Assembly (NCBI RefSeq): GCF_047602195.1
Contig: NZ_JASGHW010000003.1
Coordinates: 167,173 to 231,172 of the forward strand
Direction of reading: 5' to 3'
DNA: 64,000 bases
Source: Flavobacterium sp.
GTDB taxonomy: Bacteria > Bacteroidota > Bacteroidia > Flavobacteriales > Flavobacteriaceae
Positions 21,017-31,691 of the stretch are shown here, one piece after another; the first letter of the stretch is position 1; each line of letters opens with the position of its first letter. The position numbers and the translations under genes were made by a program. A model generated the notes under the pieces. It was not told where the DNA came from, made no database searches, and saw only the letters and a list, made by a program, of their open reading frames with translations.

Positions 21017-22060
21017 ATGAAGCAACGGCACATCAACCACATCTTGTTTTGGACGCTTTACCTGGCCTTCGAGATTTACACCGAATTCGAGTGGGTCATG
21101 ATCCAACACCATTTTACGGTGCAGCACGCCTTTACCGCTGCGGCGACGGCCGAAACATTGTTGGTGGTTTTGGTCAAAATCCCGATGGTGTACCTGTTGT
21201 TTTACATGTTCAACCGCTATGCGGGCCGCAGATCGAACCGGCCAATGTTGGTGGGCAGTTGTTCGGTCATCTTGGTCGTGTTTTCTTTTCTGTCGCGGTC
21301 GATCATCGTGAATTATTTCTTTCCTGAGGTGTACCAGCTCGAAATCCCGCCTTATTTTTTCGAATTCCAAGGACTCATCAATGCGTTCATGGACATCATT
21401 TTCATTGCAGGCGTGGCCTTGGCACTCAAGATGCACAGCAACAACAACCGGCTCATCCAACGGGAAAAGGCTTTGATGCAGGAAAAACTCGAAACCGAAC
21501 TCAATTTTCTCAAGGCGCAGATCAATCCACATTTCCTGTTCAACACGCTCAACAGCATTTATGCGTTGGCACTCCAAAAATCAGATGATACTTCGGGCGT
21601 CGTGGTTAAGTTGTCCAAATTGCTGCGGTTTGTGTTGTATGAGGCGCAAGCCAGGAAAATTACGATTGGAAGGGAAATCCAATTCCTCAACGATTACATC
21701 GAGCTCGAAAAAATACGCTACGACAAGCGGTTGGAAGTTCAATTCGATTACAAGGCCGACCCGCCCGACGCACAAATCGTCCCGTTGATTTTGATTCCGC
21801 TGGTCGAAAATGCGTTCAAGCACGGCGCGAGCGAAACCACTTCGCAGGCATTCATCCGGATCGAACTCGAATTGGAGCAAAACCGTTTGGTGTTCAAGGT
21901 CGACAATTCTTTCGAATACGAAACCGAGGAAAAACCACAAGGCATCGGACTCAAAAACCTGCGCCGCCAGCTCGAAATCCTGTATCCCGATTTTGATTTG
22001 CAAACCGAAATAACGGGCCGTACTTTTAAGGCCAAACTCCTTTTAGACCTAAACCAGTAG
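21017..22060 (+). CDS. Sensor histidine kinase, LytS/YehU type (His_kinase PF06580 plus HATPase)
   Basis: Four N-terminal TM segments are present. The hallmark FLKAQINPHFLFNTLNSIYALAL and the N-box LIPLVENAFKHG are present. Confidence 0.88.
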   Translation: MKQRHINHILFWTLYLAFEIYTEFEWVMIQHHFTVQHAFTAAATAETLLVVLVKIPMVYLLFYMFNRYAGRRSNRPMLVGSCSVILVVFSFLSRSIIVNYFFPEVYQLEIPPYFFEFQGLINAFMDIIFIAGVALALKMHSNNNRLIQREKALMQEKLETELNFLKAQINPHFLFNTLNSIYALALQKSDDTSGVVVKLSKLLRFVLYEAQARKITIGREIQFLNDYIELEKIRYDKRLEVQFDYKADPPDAQIVPLILIPLVENAFKHGASETTSQAFIRIELELEQNRLVFKVDNSFEYETEEKPQGIGLKNLRRQLEILYPDFDLQTEITGRTFKAKLLLDLNQ

Positions 22061-22063
22061 CCG

Positions 22064-22765
22064 ATGACTATCAAATGCATTATTGTGGAAGACGAGCCGC
22101 TCGCGCTCGATGTCATGAAGGGTTTTGTGACACAGGTGCCGTTTCTGGAACTGGTGGGCGTGGCGGGCGATGCCTTTGCCGCGATGGAATTGCTCAATAC
22201 GACCCGGGTCGATTTGATGTTTCTCGACATCCATCTGCCCAAACTCAAGGGATTGGATTTCCTTTCGGCCATCAAGTCGCCGCCATTGGTCATCATCACT
22301 TCGGCCTATCACGAATTTGCGATCCAGAGTTACGAACACAGCGTGCTCGATTATCTGTTGAAGCCGATTGAGTTCAGCCGTTTTGTAGTGGCCGTCAACA
22401 AAGCGTTTGACCGACTCAATGTGGTTGTCCAACCGGTTTCGGTATCCGAGGAAAACCAGGATTTATTTTTTACCGTCAACAAAAAGAAGGCACGGATTCC
22501 GGTCAACACGATCCTGTACATCGAAAGCCAACGCGAAAATGTCAAGATCGTGACCGACCACAAGACCATCGTGACGCGTTACCCGATCAGCGAATTGGAA
22601 AATGAATTGCCGGCTTCGGTATTTCTGCGCATCCACCGTTCGTTTATCGTGAACCGTCTCAAGATCGATTTCATCGACGCCAACGATGTCGAAATTGCCG
22701 GAAAAGAAATCCCGATTGGGCGTAGTTACAAAGATTGGGTGCACCAAACTTTGGGCATCAAGTAG
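22064..22765 (+). CDS. LytTR/AlgR-family response regulator
   Basis: The receiver domain reads IIVEDEPLA...DLMFLDIHLP. The C-terminal LytTR DNA-binding domain reads IHRSFIVN. The start is 4 nt after the kinase stop. Confidence 0.9.
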   Translation: MTIKCIIVEDEPLALDVMKGFVTQVPFLELVGVAGDAFAAMELLNTTRVDLMFLDIHLPKLKGLDFLSAIKSPPLVIITSAYHEFAIQSYEHSVLDYLLKPIEFSRFVVAVNKAFDRLNVVVQPVSVSEENQDLFFTVNKKKARIPVNTILYIESQRENVKIVTDHKTIVTRYPISELENELPASVFLRIHRSFIVNRLKIDFIDANDVEIAGKEIPIGRSYKDWVHQTLGIK

Positions 22766-22768
22766 ATT

Positions 22769-23062
22769 TCAGACCCAAATGGTCACGTTGCTATTTTGAC
22801 CCATTTCAAGTTTTTCTTTTTTCCGGATGTCGGCTTTTAATGCAAGCAGGTAGGTGCTGTTCTTGGTGTCGAACCAGATGGCCGTTTGCCATTGGGTTGT
22901 GCCGATTTGTGCCGTCGCTTTCAATCTTCCCCAGCCTTCTTCCTGCCATCGGAGATGCTGTCTGATTTCGGCTGACATCACAATCGGAAGCGAAACGAAA
23001 TACCATCCGAAGCCGTGTTTCCAGATTTCGGCGGTGAATTCGTATTTGATTTTTCCTTCCAA
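22769..23062 (-). CDS. DUF1905 domain protein
   Basis: The 97-aa protein carries the WYFVSLP...RLKATAQIGTTQWQTAIW pattern typical of DUF1905. Confidence 0.7.
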   Translation of the reverse strand: MEGKIKYEFTAEIWKHGFGWYFVSLPIVMSAEIRQHLRWQEEGWGRLKATAQIGTTQWQTAIWFDTKNSTYLLALKADIRKKEKLEMGQNSNVTIWV

Positions 23063-23066
23063 GATT

Positions 23067-24203
23067 TTATGGTCGTTTCAAGATATCGTCGAGTTCCTGG
23101 TCGTAGAAAAACAAAAACATGCTGCCCATCATGTCCTGCTCGATGGCAGTGGTATTGTTCGTCTCGAGAACCAAATCGTACTGGTGGGTTTTGTACAGCC
23201 AGATGCCTTTCTCGGAACTGAAAGGTTCAATTTCCGAAAGCCCGATTTTGTCTTTGTGGTTGGTGATCTTGCTCGTGAAAATGGGTTGGTTTGTCGTCTT
23301 GTCGAACAAAGTGATCGAAGTCGCGAACGGATGCACATGGATAGCCGCGGCGTGCAAACGCAGACTATCCTTCATTTGCAATTGCGCATCGATCGAACTG
23401 CGGTAGGTTTTCTTGCCGCTCGGAATGACCCAATGTCCCGAGAGCATGTTCCCGTTTCCGTCGTCGTAACTGTGGTTTTTGGTTTCCACGGGCACGCATT
23501 GGTTCGAGGCCGGGTCGAGCGGTTCCTTGAACGGATCGTTTTTATCATACGGCAATTGGACAAACACCGTACGGCTCATGAGCGGCTTGGTGCGCTGGTC
23601 GGCTTTGTGGTATTCGATCGTGACTTCGTGCTTGATCAGGTAATTGGCATCGGGCAGGTTGTGGTTGAGCGATTGTGTGGTCACAAACAGCCAGTCGTTG
23701 CCTTTCATCGGGACGCCGTAACCTTTGGGAAAACGGAAATGTTCGAGTCCGTGCGAAAGCGAAGTCATCCTTGGATATTGCTTGCCGATCCGATTCTGCA
23801 GATGGAAATTGTTGAAATAATTGACATCGTTGAAATCGACATTGGTGTGGCAGATGAAATCGTTCGAAATGGGTTTCTTGGTTTTGGAATCCAAAGCCTT
23901 GACTTGAAAACCAGTAATCCAAAGCAAAGTCGAATCCTGCGACAATTGCACATAATTGGACGCTTTCGGGCCTTCCATCGATTTGTAGATGCCGTCGATG
24001 AGGAAAGCGGGCGAGATCATTTGGTATTGCTGTGTCGCGTTGTCCACGACCCATTGGTTGTCCACGAGTCCGGTCCGGAGCAGGAATTCAGTCTTGACAA
24101 TCGCCTTGTGGCGGGTCGGCAAAAGCGCATACCAGATGCTTCCGCCAATAATCAGCAGCAAAAGTAAAACTGTTAAAATTTTGTATATCTTTGGTTTCCT
24201 CAT
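23067..24203 (-). CDS. Hypothetical N-terminally membrane-anchored protein. There is a weak resemblance to the copper type II monooxygenase C-terminal fold.
   Basis: The start is the ATG at 24203 (MRKPKIYKILTVLLLLLIIGGSIWYALL). The motifs AIHVHPF and EQDMMGSMFLFFYD recall the HxH...M CuM site. This is by eye only, with no alignment run. Confidence 0.55.
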   Translation of the reverse strand: MRKPKIYKILTVLLLLLIIGGSIWYALLPTRHKAIVKTEFLLRTGLVDNQWVVDNATQQYQMISPAFLIDGIYKSMEGPKASNYVQLSQDSTLLWITGFQVKALDSKTKKPISNDFICHTNVDFNDVNYFNNFHLQNRIGKQYPRMTSLSHGLEHFRFPKGYGVPMKGNDWLFVTTQSLNHNLPDANYLIKHEVTIEYHKADQRTKPLMSRTVFVQLPYDKNDPFKEPLDPASNQCVPVETKNHSYDDGNGNMLSGHWVIPSGKKTYRSSIDAQLQMKDSLRLHAAAIHVHPFATSITLFDKTTNQPIFTSKITNHKDKIGLSEIEPFSSEKGIWLYKTHQYDLVLETNNTTAIEQDMMGSMFLFFYDQELDDILKRP

Positions 24204-24221
24204 AAAACAAAAATACACTTT

Positions 24222-25346
24222 TTGATGATTGACGACCAGTTGAAGGAAAAGAATAAAATCTTCGGGCTCGACCTCATGCGCGTGCTTGCGATCCTTTTGG
24301 TTTTGTGCGCGCACATTTTGTGGATTTACCAAGATTACAGCAATTTGCTCACGAAGGCGATTAATTTTTCGGGTTTCATCGGCGTCGAATTGTTTTTTGT
24401 GCTGAGCGGATTTTTGATCGGCAAATCCTTGCTCAAATTATTCCTTAATCCCGATTACAATTACAAACTCGCCTCGATTTTCCTCAGACGACGCTGGTTC
24501 CGCATCATGCCGAATTATTTGTTCGTGCTCATTTTGAACATTGCCGTGTTCAGTTACCTCGGTTATGAAGTCGTCGATGCTTGGAAATATTTCTTCTTTT
24601 TGCAGAATTTCATCCACCCGATGCTGCCGTTTTTTCCTGAATCCTGGAGCATGTCGATTAAGGAAATCCCTTATTTCCTGCTGCCGTTTGTATTTTTGGT
24701 TTTGGCACGCATCAAAAATGGCAACCGCAACCGATTGTTTTTGTGGACCATTTTAGGGTCGATTGCCGCGGTGATGTTGGCCAAGGTCGAATACAATTGG
24801 CACACCCGGAACCACAATTTGGCCGATTGGAACGTGTCGCTGCGATCGGTGGCTTTGTATAGAATCGATGCCGTGATGATTGGGATTTTGGCCAGTTGGA
24901 TCCAATACAATTTCTTGAAGTTTTGGATCAAAAGTGTCAAAATTGCTTTGGTTTTGAGTCAATTGATTTTGGCGACATTGGCGGTTTTGGTCGGTTTTAT
25001 CAAACTGCCGATCGCCGAATACCCGGTGTTTTGGAATATTTTTTTCCTACCGCTCATTTCAATCGCCTCTGCCTTGATGCTGCCATTCTTTTCCGAATGG
25101 AAATCGGGGCCCGAACGACTGCGCCAACCCGTTCAATTCCTCGGTGCGATCTCGTATTCGGTCTATTTGCTGCACTACAGTTTCGTGTTGTACCTGATGA
25201 AATATTTCATCGATTCGACTTATATGGACATCTGGCAATTGCATACCTTTACCGCGCTCTATTTGGCGTTGACCTTTGTGTTGAGTTGGAGTTTGTATGA
25301 ATTCTTCGAGAAACCACTCATGAAAATCAGGGAGGAAAAATTATGA
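24222..25346 (+). CDS. Acyltransferase family 3 (membrane O-acyltransferase)
   Basis: About 10 TM segments are present. The N-terminal motif is FGLDLMRVLAILLVLCAH. The C-terminal FFEKP motif is present. Confidence 0.85.
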   Translation: MMIDDQLKEKNKIFGLDLMRVLAILLVLCAHILWIYQDYSNLLTKAINFSGFIGVELFFVLSGFLIGKSLLKLFLNPDYNYKLASIFLRRRWFRIMPNYLFVLILNIAVFSYLGYEVVDAWKYFFFLQNFIHPMLPFFPESWSMSIKEIPYFLLPFVFLVLARIKNGNRNRLFLWTILGSIAAVMLAKVEYNWHTRNHNLADWNVSLRSVALYRIDAVMIGILASWIQYNFLKFWIKSVKIALVLSQLILATLAVLVGFIKLPIAEYPVFWNIFFLPLISIASALMLPFFSEWKSGPERLRQPVQFLGAISYSVYLLHYSFVLYLMKYFIDSTYMDIWQLHTFTALYLALTFVLSWSLYEFFEKPLMKIREEKL

Positions 25347-26443
25347 CAGACTATAGGATTTTTGGATTGGACTTGTACCGGGCAGCGGCCATTTTGTTGC
25401 TGTTGCTGGCCAATGTGCTCAATTCGTTTCAAATCGCCCATCCGGGCATGGCACAATTTGCGCCGATTCTGGGTTTGGTGTCGCTTGAAATCTTTTTTGT
25501 GTTGTGCGGTTTCCTGCTTGGGAATTCATTTTATGGTATTTTCATGGCAGAAAATTTTGCTGCGGCCGATGCAATCCGTTTTGTCAAAAGAAAACTGCTG
25601 CGCATTGTACCGCTGTATGTTTTGGTTTTGCTGGCCAATATCGGGATCGCCTACCTGATGGATTATGAAATCGGCAAGGTGTGGTCCTTTTTCTTTTTCC
25701 TGCAGAATTTTTCGCAGCCCATACCGGCCTTTTTTCCCGAATCCTGGGGATTGCCCGTGATTGTTTTTGGCGTGCTGATGTTGGTGCTTTTGATGACTTC
25801 GCTGTCGCGGATTTTTACCCAAAAGCAAAAACCGATGGTGTTTTTGATGGCAACCATCGGATTGATTCTCGTTTTTCTGTGGACCAAATGGCTGTACCAC
25901 AGTCAGCATGAAACGAATGAAATCACCAATTGGGACGTGACGCTCAAGACTGTCGCCATTTACCGTTTCGATTCGGTTTTTATCGGGACGCTTTTCAGTT
26001 GGATTTTTATGCAGCGGTCTGCGATATGGGAAAAGGCAAAATGGGCTTTGTTGTTTGTCGGTTTGGCCGGGATCGCATTTTTGGCATTCGGGATCAGTAT
26101 TTTACAGTTGCCTATTGAAACCCACCCGATGTTTTGGAACATCTTTTATTTGCCGTTGACTTCTTTGATTTTGGCCTGTTTTCTTCCGTTGCTGTCGGGT
26201 TGGCAAACGGCACCCGCTTTCTTGCAGCGTCCCGTTTCTTTGATGAGCCGGATGGCGTATGGCATTTACCTGGTTCATTTCAGCATCGTTTTGCTGCTGG
26301 CCGAATACTTGCTCAAAGTCGATTTCGGTAACCCGAGTGCAGTCATTTTAATGTCGGCGGTTTATGTTTGCTGCTCGATTTTATTCGGTTGGCTGCTGCA
26401 TCATTTCGTCGAAAAACGGCTCCTCGCACAAGCGCAACGCTAA
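25343..26443 (+). CDS. Acyltransferase family 3, tandem paralog
   Basis: FGLDLYRAAAILLLLLAN and the same FFLQNF...FFPESW block as the upstream gene are present. The two genes overlap by ATGA. Confidence 0.85.
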   Translation: MTDYRIFGLDLYRAAAILLLLLANVLNSFQIAHPGMAQFAPILGLVSLEIFFVLCGFLLGNSFYGIFMAENFAAADAIRFVKRKLLRIVPLYVLVLLANIGIAYLMDYEIGKVWSFFFFLQNFSQPIPAFFPESWGLPVIVFGVLMLVLLMTSLSRIFTQKQKPMVFLMATIGLILVFLWTKWLYHSQHETNEITNWDVTLKTVAIYRFDSVFIGTLFSWIFMQRSAIWEKAKWALLFVGLAGIAFLAFGISILQLPIETHPMFWNIFYLPLTSLILACFLPLLSGWQTAPAFLQRPVSLMSRMAYGIYLVHFSIVLLLAEYLLKVDFGNPSAVILMSAVYVCCSILFGWLLHHFVEKRLLAQAQR

Positions 26444-26644
26444 TTTAGAAACGTTCTAATTCGCGCGCAAACGATATCGATTTCGAATTTGGCAAAAAAA
26501 CTTCTTTAAATTAACAATCGCTTAATATTTTAAGTCATTTCCAAAAAGTATTTAATAATAATCACTAAAAATGCCGATTTGGGAATAATAATCTTCTGAA
26601 TCGTTAGTTTTATTCAAAATCTTTCATCTCTTATCGGAATTGCG

Positions 26645-26652
26645 TAAATTTG
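26645..26652 (+). promoter_or_regulatory. Candidate -7 box (TAnnTTTG) for acnA
   Basis: TAAATTTG lies 33 nt upstream of the ATG at 26685. Confidence 0.45.
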
Positions 26653-26684
26653 CATCACAAAAAACAAACAAATCCAAATTGATT

Positions 26685-28949
26685 ATGGCTTTTGATATTG
26701 AAATGATTAAAAAAGTGTACGCCAACATGACGACACGCGTGGACGCAGCCCGTCAAATCGTTGGCCGACCGCTTACACTGACCGAGAAAATTTTATACAA
26801 CCACCTTTGGGAAGGCATGCCTTCCAAAGCTTTTACACGAGGCAAGGATTATGTCGATTTTGCACCCGATCGTGTAGCCTGCCAGGACGCCACTGCGCAA
26901 ATGGCCTTACTCCAATTCATGCACGCCGGAAAGCCCAAAGTGGCCGTTCCAACGACCGTTCATTGCGACCACCTGATCCAGGCAAAAGTAGACGCAACCA
27001 CCGATTTGGCACGTGCCAAAACACAGAGCAGCGAAGTGTTCGACTTCCTGTCTTCGGTTTCTAATAAATATGGTATCGGTTTCTGGAAGCCGGGAGCCGG
27101 AATCATCCACCAGGTGGTTTTGGAGAATTATGCGTTCCCGGGCGGAATGATGATCGGGACGGATTCGCACACCGTAAATGCCGGAGGTCTCGGAATGGTG
27201 GCCATCGGAGTCGGTGGTGCCGATGCCGTTGACGTGATGTCGGGCATGGCTTGGGAATTGAAATTTCCAAAACTGATCGGAGTCAAATTGACCGGAAAAT
27301 TATCAGGTTGGACCGCTCCTAAAGATGTCATCTTGAAAGTTGCCGGAATTCTTACGGTTAAAGGTGGAACCGGAGCAATCGTAGAATATTTCGGGGAAGG
27401 CGCGACCGCAATGTCGTGTACCGGAAAAGGAACCATCTGTAACATGGGTGCCGAGATCGGGGCAACGACTTCGACTTTCGGATACGACGAATCGATGGAC
27501 CGCTACCTGCGTTCGACCGACCGTGCCGATGTAGCCGATGCGGCGAACCAAATCAAATCGTATTTGACAGGCGACCCGGAAGTATACGCTGAGCCAGAAA
27601 AATATTTCGACCAAGTGATTGAAATCAACTTGTCGGAATTGGAACCGCACCTGAACGGACCGTTTACGCCAGATTTGGCTACGCCGATTTCGAAAATGAA
27701 AGAAGAAGCGATCAAGAACAACTGGCCTTTGCAAATCGAGGTCGGACTCATCGGATCATGTACAAATTCATCTTACGAAGACATTGCCCGTTCGGCTTCA
27801 CTGGCCAAACAAGTTGCCGAGAAAAACCTCAAAACTAAAGCACAGTTCACGATTACGCCGGGTTCTGAGCAGGTAAGATATACGATTGAAAGGGACGGAT
27901 TCATCGACACGTTCGACAAGATCGGTGCAACGGTTTTCGCCAATGCGTGCGGACCTTGCATCGGGATGTGGGACAGGGAAGGAGCCGAGAAGGAAGAAAG
28001 AAACACGATTGTACACTCGTTCAACCGCAACTTCTCTAAACGTGCCGATGGTAACCCGAACACTTTGGCGTTCGTAGGTTCGCCGGAATTGGTGACGGCT
28101 TTGGCCATCGCCGGAGATTTATCCTTCAATCCACTCACCGATACCTTAATCAACGAAGACGGCATGGAAGTCAAACTCGACGAACCAACCGGAAACGAAT
28201 TGCCGCCACGCGGATTTGCCGTAGAGGACGCCGGTTTCCAGGCACCTGCCGCCGACGGTTCGAGTGTTCAGGTTCAGGTAAGCCCGACTTCGGAGCGTTT
28301 GCAATTGCTCGCGCCTTTCCAACCTTGGGACAGAAAGAACATTACCGGAGCGAAGTTGCTCATCAAAGCATTCGGAAAATGTACCACCGACCACATTTCG
28401 ATGGCCGGTCCTTGGTTGCGTTTCCGCGGACATTTGGACAACATTTCCAACAACATGCTCATCGGGGCGATCAATGCGTTCAACCACAAAGCCAATTCGG
28501 TGAAAAACCAATTGACAGGTGAATATGATGCAGTACCGGCGGTGCAACGTGCTTACAAGGCAGCAGGCATTCCATCGATCGTGGTGGGCGACCACAACTA
28601 TGGCGAAGGTTCATCGCGCGAGCATGCGGCGATGGAGCCGCGTTTCCTCGGTGTGAAAGCCGTTCTTGTGAAATCGTTCGCACGTATCCACGAAACGAAC
28701 TTGAAAAAACAAGGAATGTTGGCGTTGACTTTTGCCAATGAAGCCGATTATGACAAAATCCAGGAAGACGACACGATCAACTTCACGAACCTGACCGATT
28801 TTGCACCGGGCGTTCCGTTGACTTTGGAATTCACCCACGCCGATGGTACGACCGATATCATCATCGCAAACCATACCTACAACGAAGGCCAGATCGGTTG
28901 GTTTGTGGCTGGTTCTGCACTCAACCTGATTGCAGCCGAAGCGAAGTAA
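26685..28949 (+). CDS. acnA: Aconitate hydratase (about 754 aa, mitochondrial-type)
   Basis: Fe-S ligand motifs are present: [18 protein letters not shown] and ACGPCIGMW. The start is the ATG at 26685 ([12 protein letters not shown]). A TAAATTTG -7 box lies upstream. Confidence 0.93.
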   Translation: MAFDIEMIKKVYANMTTRVDAARQIVGRPLTLTEKILYNHLWEGMPSKAFTRGKDYVDFAPDRVACQDATAQMALLQFMHAGKPKVAVPTTVHCDHLIQAKVDATTDLARAKTQSSEVFDFLSSVSNKYGIGFWKPGAGIIHQVVLENYAFPGGMMIGTDSHTVNAGGLGMVAIGVGGADAVDVMSGMAWELKFPKLIGVKLTGKLSGWTAPKDVILKVAGILTVKGGTGAIVEYFGEGATAMSCTGKGTICNMGAEIGATTSTFGYDESMDRYLRSTDRADVADAANQIKSYLTGDPEVYAEPEKYFDQVIEINLSELEPHLNGPFTPDLATPISKMKEEAIKNNWPLQIEVGLIGSCTNSSYEDIARSASLAKQVAEKNLKTKAQFTITPGSEQVRYTIERDGFIDTFDKIGATVFANACGPCIGMWDREGAEKEERNTIVHSFNRNFSKRADGNPNTLAFVGSPELVTALAIAGDLSFNPLTDTLINEDGMEVKLDEPTGNELPPRGFAVEDAGFQAPAADGSSVQVQVSPTSERLQLLAPFQPWDRKNITGAKLLIKAFGKCTTDHISMAGPWLRFRGHLDNISNNMLIGAINAFNHKANSVKNQLTGEYDAVPAVQRAYKAAGIPSIVVGDHNYGEGSSREHAAMEPRFLGVKAVLVKSFARIHETNLKKQGMLALTFANEADYDKIQEDDTINFTNLTDFAPGVPLTLEFTHADGTTDIIIANHTYNEGQIGWFVAGSALNLIAAEAK

Positions 28950-28972
28950 TTCTTTTTAGATTTTTTATAGAG

Positions 28973-29003
28973 AAACTCCCGATTTAATCGGGAGTTTTTT
29001 ATT
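28973..29003. terminator. Bidirectional terminator between acnA and the convergent hypothetical gene
   Basis: The stem AACTCCCGAT/ATCGGGAGTT is followed by T-runs. Confidence 0.7.
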
Positions 29004-29667
29004 TGAGGTGTTTCTTGAGGTCAACGATTACTTGGTCATGCTGCCAATCTTCTTCTTTTTCAGATGTCTGGTAGCCATAAATCAAGGTCACTACGCCGTT
29101 TTCAAGTTTACTTTCAATAAACAGTCGTTCCGGAAATATGACGGCCGCATAACGCAAGGTATTGGCAATTCGGTTTCTGGGAAGTTTGACGCGAAAGGTT
29201 TTGCCAGAATCGAGGTGGAGGAACTGCAGGTTTCCATTGTCCAAAGTGACCACGAATGGGTAATCCATGTGTTCTGTTTGGTAGACAATCGGGCCGAGGT
29301 CTTTTTTTCTGGTTCCGGTATTTTTGTCGAATAGGATGCCGTTTGGTGGTTGGCAGCAGCCTGAAACCGTGCTTTCGATCATGAGGAATGTGCTGTTGTA
29401 TTCGGTCCAGTCGACAAATCCGATTCGTCCCGCCAAATACAAATCACCGCCGTATTCAGAGGTCAGTAACCGCTTGACTTTTTGCGGATTTTCAAAAACC
29501 AGCCACGACGAATCGCAATCGTATTGGCGGTAAATTTTAGCGCCGTTCTTAAAAAGGGTCGGTTTGCAGGAAAGAAGCTCCTGAAGGTCGGGCAAACTGT
29601 CGCATCGGCATTGCGCAATCATGATTTGCGAGAGAAACAATAAGAAAACGATCAAGTTACTTTTCAC
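28999..29667 (-). CDS. Hypothetical secreted Cys-rich protein
   Basis: The start is a GTG. The signal peptide is (M)KSNLIVFLLFLSQIMIAQ. No family was recognised. Confidence 0.5.
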   Translation of the reverse strand: MKSNLIVFLLFLSQIMIAQCRCDSLPDLQELLSCKPTLFKNGAKIYRQYDCDSSWLVFENPQKVKRLLTSEYGGDLYLAGRIGFVDWTEYNSTFLMIESTVSGCCQPPNGILFDKNTGTRKKDLGPIVYQTEHMDYPFVVTLDNGNLQFLHLDSGKTFRVKLPRNRIANTLRYAAVIFPERLFIESKLENGVVTLIYGYQTSEKEEDWQHDQVIVDLKKHLK

Positions 29668-30071
29668 TTTGTCAGAGAATTACCGACAAAAGATACGCAA
29701 CAGATTTCTAATTTTTGGGTTTTATAGAACCTTTTTCAATCTAACTGTAACAACTTTTTACCGGCTTTAACACCATTCGTCGACATTTTTACAAATTGTT
29801 GTGAATTATGGGAAAAATAATCCTGTTAAATTGATTACTAACTGCCATCAAACGAGTTAATTGTATGTACAAATGTTTAATCGAATTCCTACGAAATACA
29901 TCAATTTTGTGCACTTCATCGATTTAAATGTTAAAATCAACGCTTCGTCGATGAAATGTGCACTTAGTCGTGTAATTTGCACCCAAGTTATAATAGAAAC
30001 CCCCTACTCATTATAACTTGACTATGCCATAAATCTTTTTTTAAAACATTAAATCTTAACCTACTAGTATT

Positions 30072-31637
30072 ATGAAACAGTATTTCATGATGGCGCTGCT
30101 ATTTGCAGTGGGGGCGCATTCTCAGACTCAAACGTACACTGCAAGTACTGAAATTTTTGCCAATCCGGAACGCGGATTTTACCACTACAGATCAAGCGGC
30201 TCAGGTTCGTATCAGCCGTTGAACCAAACAGAACTCACGAATTTTAGGAAGAATGAAAAAGTGACACTCATCTGGCGCGAATTTCGCCTCGATGCGTTCA
30301 AGACCACCGCTATTTCACAAGACTTCCTGACCAAAATGCAAGCCGATTTTACGGCCTTGAAAAATGCCGGTGTAAAATGTATTGTTCGATTCAATTACAC
30401 CAATACCGATGGCACCGATGCCAAAAAGTCGCAAATCCTCGCGCACATTGCCCAACTCAAACCTGTTTTGCAAGCCAATGAATCGGTGATTTCCTCTGTA
30501 GAGGCCGGATTCATTGGGAACTATGGCGAATGGTACGCTTCGAACAACTTCGGGCAGGACAACCTGACTGCGGCGCAAATTGCCGACCGTGTAGAAGTGG
30601 GTACCAAGATCATGGAACTCGCACCCAACCGTATGGTCGCTTTCCGTACACCGACCATCCAACGCCAGATCGCCGGGACTGCTACTGTCACTGCGGCAAC
30701 TGCTTTTGACGGAAGCATCCGTTCAAGAGTAGCGGCGCACAACGACTGTTTCTTATCGAGTGCAGACGACTGGGGAACATACATCAACACGACCACCGAT
30801 TACACGTATCTTGAAAACCAAAGCAAATACACCTTCGACGGTGGTGAAACCTGCAGCCTGACCACATTTTCGGCTTGCGGAAATGCTGTGGCCACGATGG
30901 CCAAATTCCACTTCAATTACCTCAATGCCGATTACAACCAGACGGTGACCAACAACTGGCAGTCGAACGGTTGCCTCGATGAGGTCAAAAGAAGATTGGG
31001 TTACCGTTTTGAATTGCTCAACTCGAGCATCAATGCAGGCGTATTGACCCTGAACCTGCGCAACGTCGGTTTCGGAAACGTCATCAACGACCGCAAGGCT
31101 TACCTGGTTTGCCGCAATACGGCGACCGGGACAGAGACGCAATTCCAATTGAATACCAATGTAAGATTATGGATGGCCGGCGCCGAAACACGTATCGTGC
31201 ATACGCTGACTGGTTTGTCTGATGGTACCTATCAATTGTACCTCAATATCCCTGATCTGGCAATGGCAGCCAACCCAGTCTATTCGATCCGTTGCGCCAA
31301 CAATGGGCTTTGGGACGAAGCCAAAGGATACAACAATTTGAACCAGACCTATGTGGTAGGAAACGGAACAGTGGTAACGCCGCCGGTTACAGAACCGACA
31401 CAGCCGACGAATCCGCTGCCGGTGGAAATCATCCTGGGCGCGAACGATATCATCCAGGTATCGAACCTGTCTTGTACCGTTGGAAACTACTCGGTTGCGG
31501 TATACAACACCAGCGGCCGTTTGAAAGCCACCACGATGGATATTTCACACCTCAAGAAAGGCTATTGGATCATCAAGATCACCTGCAATGGGCAAGTCTA
31601 TACCAAAAAAGTCTACAAATCGACCGGAAGCTGGTAA
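30072..31637 (+). CDS. DUF4874/DUF4832-type (glycoside-hydrolase-like TIM barrel) secreted protein with a T9SS-like C-terminal domain
   Basis: The signal peptide is MKQYFMMALLFAVGAHSQ. The ANPERGFYHY motif is present. The C-terminus is YSVAVYNTSGRLKAT...YWIIKITCNGQVYTKKVYK. Confidence 0.6.
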   Translation: MKQYFMMALLFAVGAHSQTQTYTASTEIFANPERGFYHYRSSGSGSYQPLNQTELTNFRKNEKVTLIWREFRLDAFKTTAISQDFLTKMQADFTALKNAGVKCIVRFNYTNTDGTDAKKSQILAHIAQLKPVLQANESVISSVEAGFIGNYGEWYASNNFGQDNLTAAQIADRVEVGTKIMELAPNRMVAFRTPTIQRQIAGTATVTAATAFDGSIRSRVAAHNDCFLSSADDWGTYINTTTDYTYLENQSKYTFDGGETCSLTTFSACGNAVATMAKFHFNYLNADYNQTVTNNWQSNGCLDEVKRRLGYRFELLNSSINAGVLTLNLRNVGFGNVINDRKAYLVCRNTATGTETQFQLNTNVRLWMAGAETRIVHTLTGLSDGTYQLYLNIPDLAMAANPVYSIRCANNGLWDEAKGYNNLNQTYVVGNGTVVTPPVTEPTQPTNPLPVEIILGANDIIQVSNLSCTVGNYSVAVYNTSGRLKATTMDISHLKKGYWIIKITCNGQVYTKKVYKSTGSW

Positions 31638-31659
31638 TCGACCGGCACCGACAGCATAT

Positions 31660-31689
31660 AAACTCCTGGGTAACCGGGAGTTTTTTTTA
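31660..31689 (+). terminator. Rho-independent terminator after the DUF4832 gene
   Basis: The stem ACTCCTGG/CCGGGAGT (one G:U pair) is followed by T8. Confidence 0.7.
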
Positions 31690-31691
31690 TG

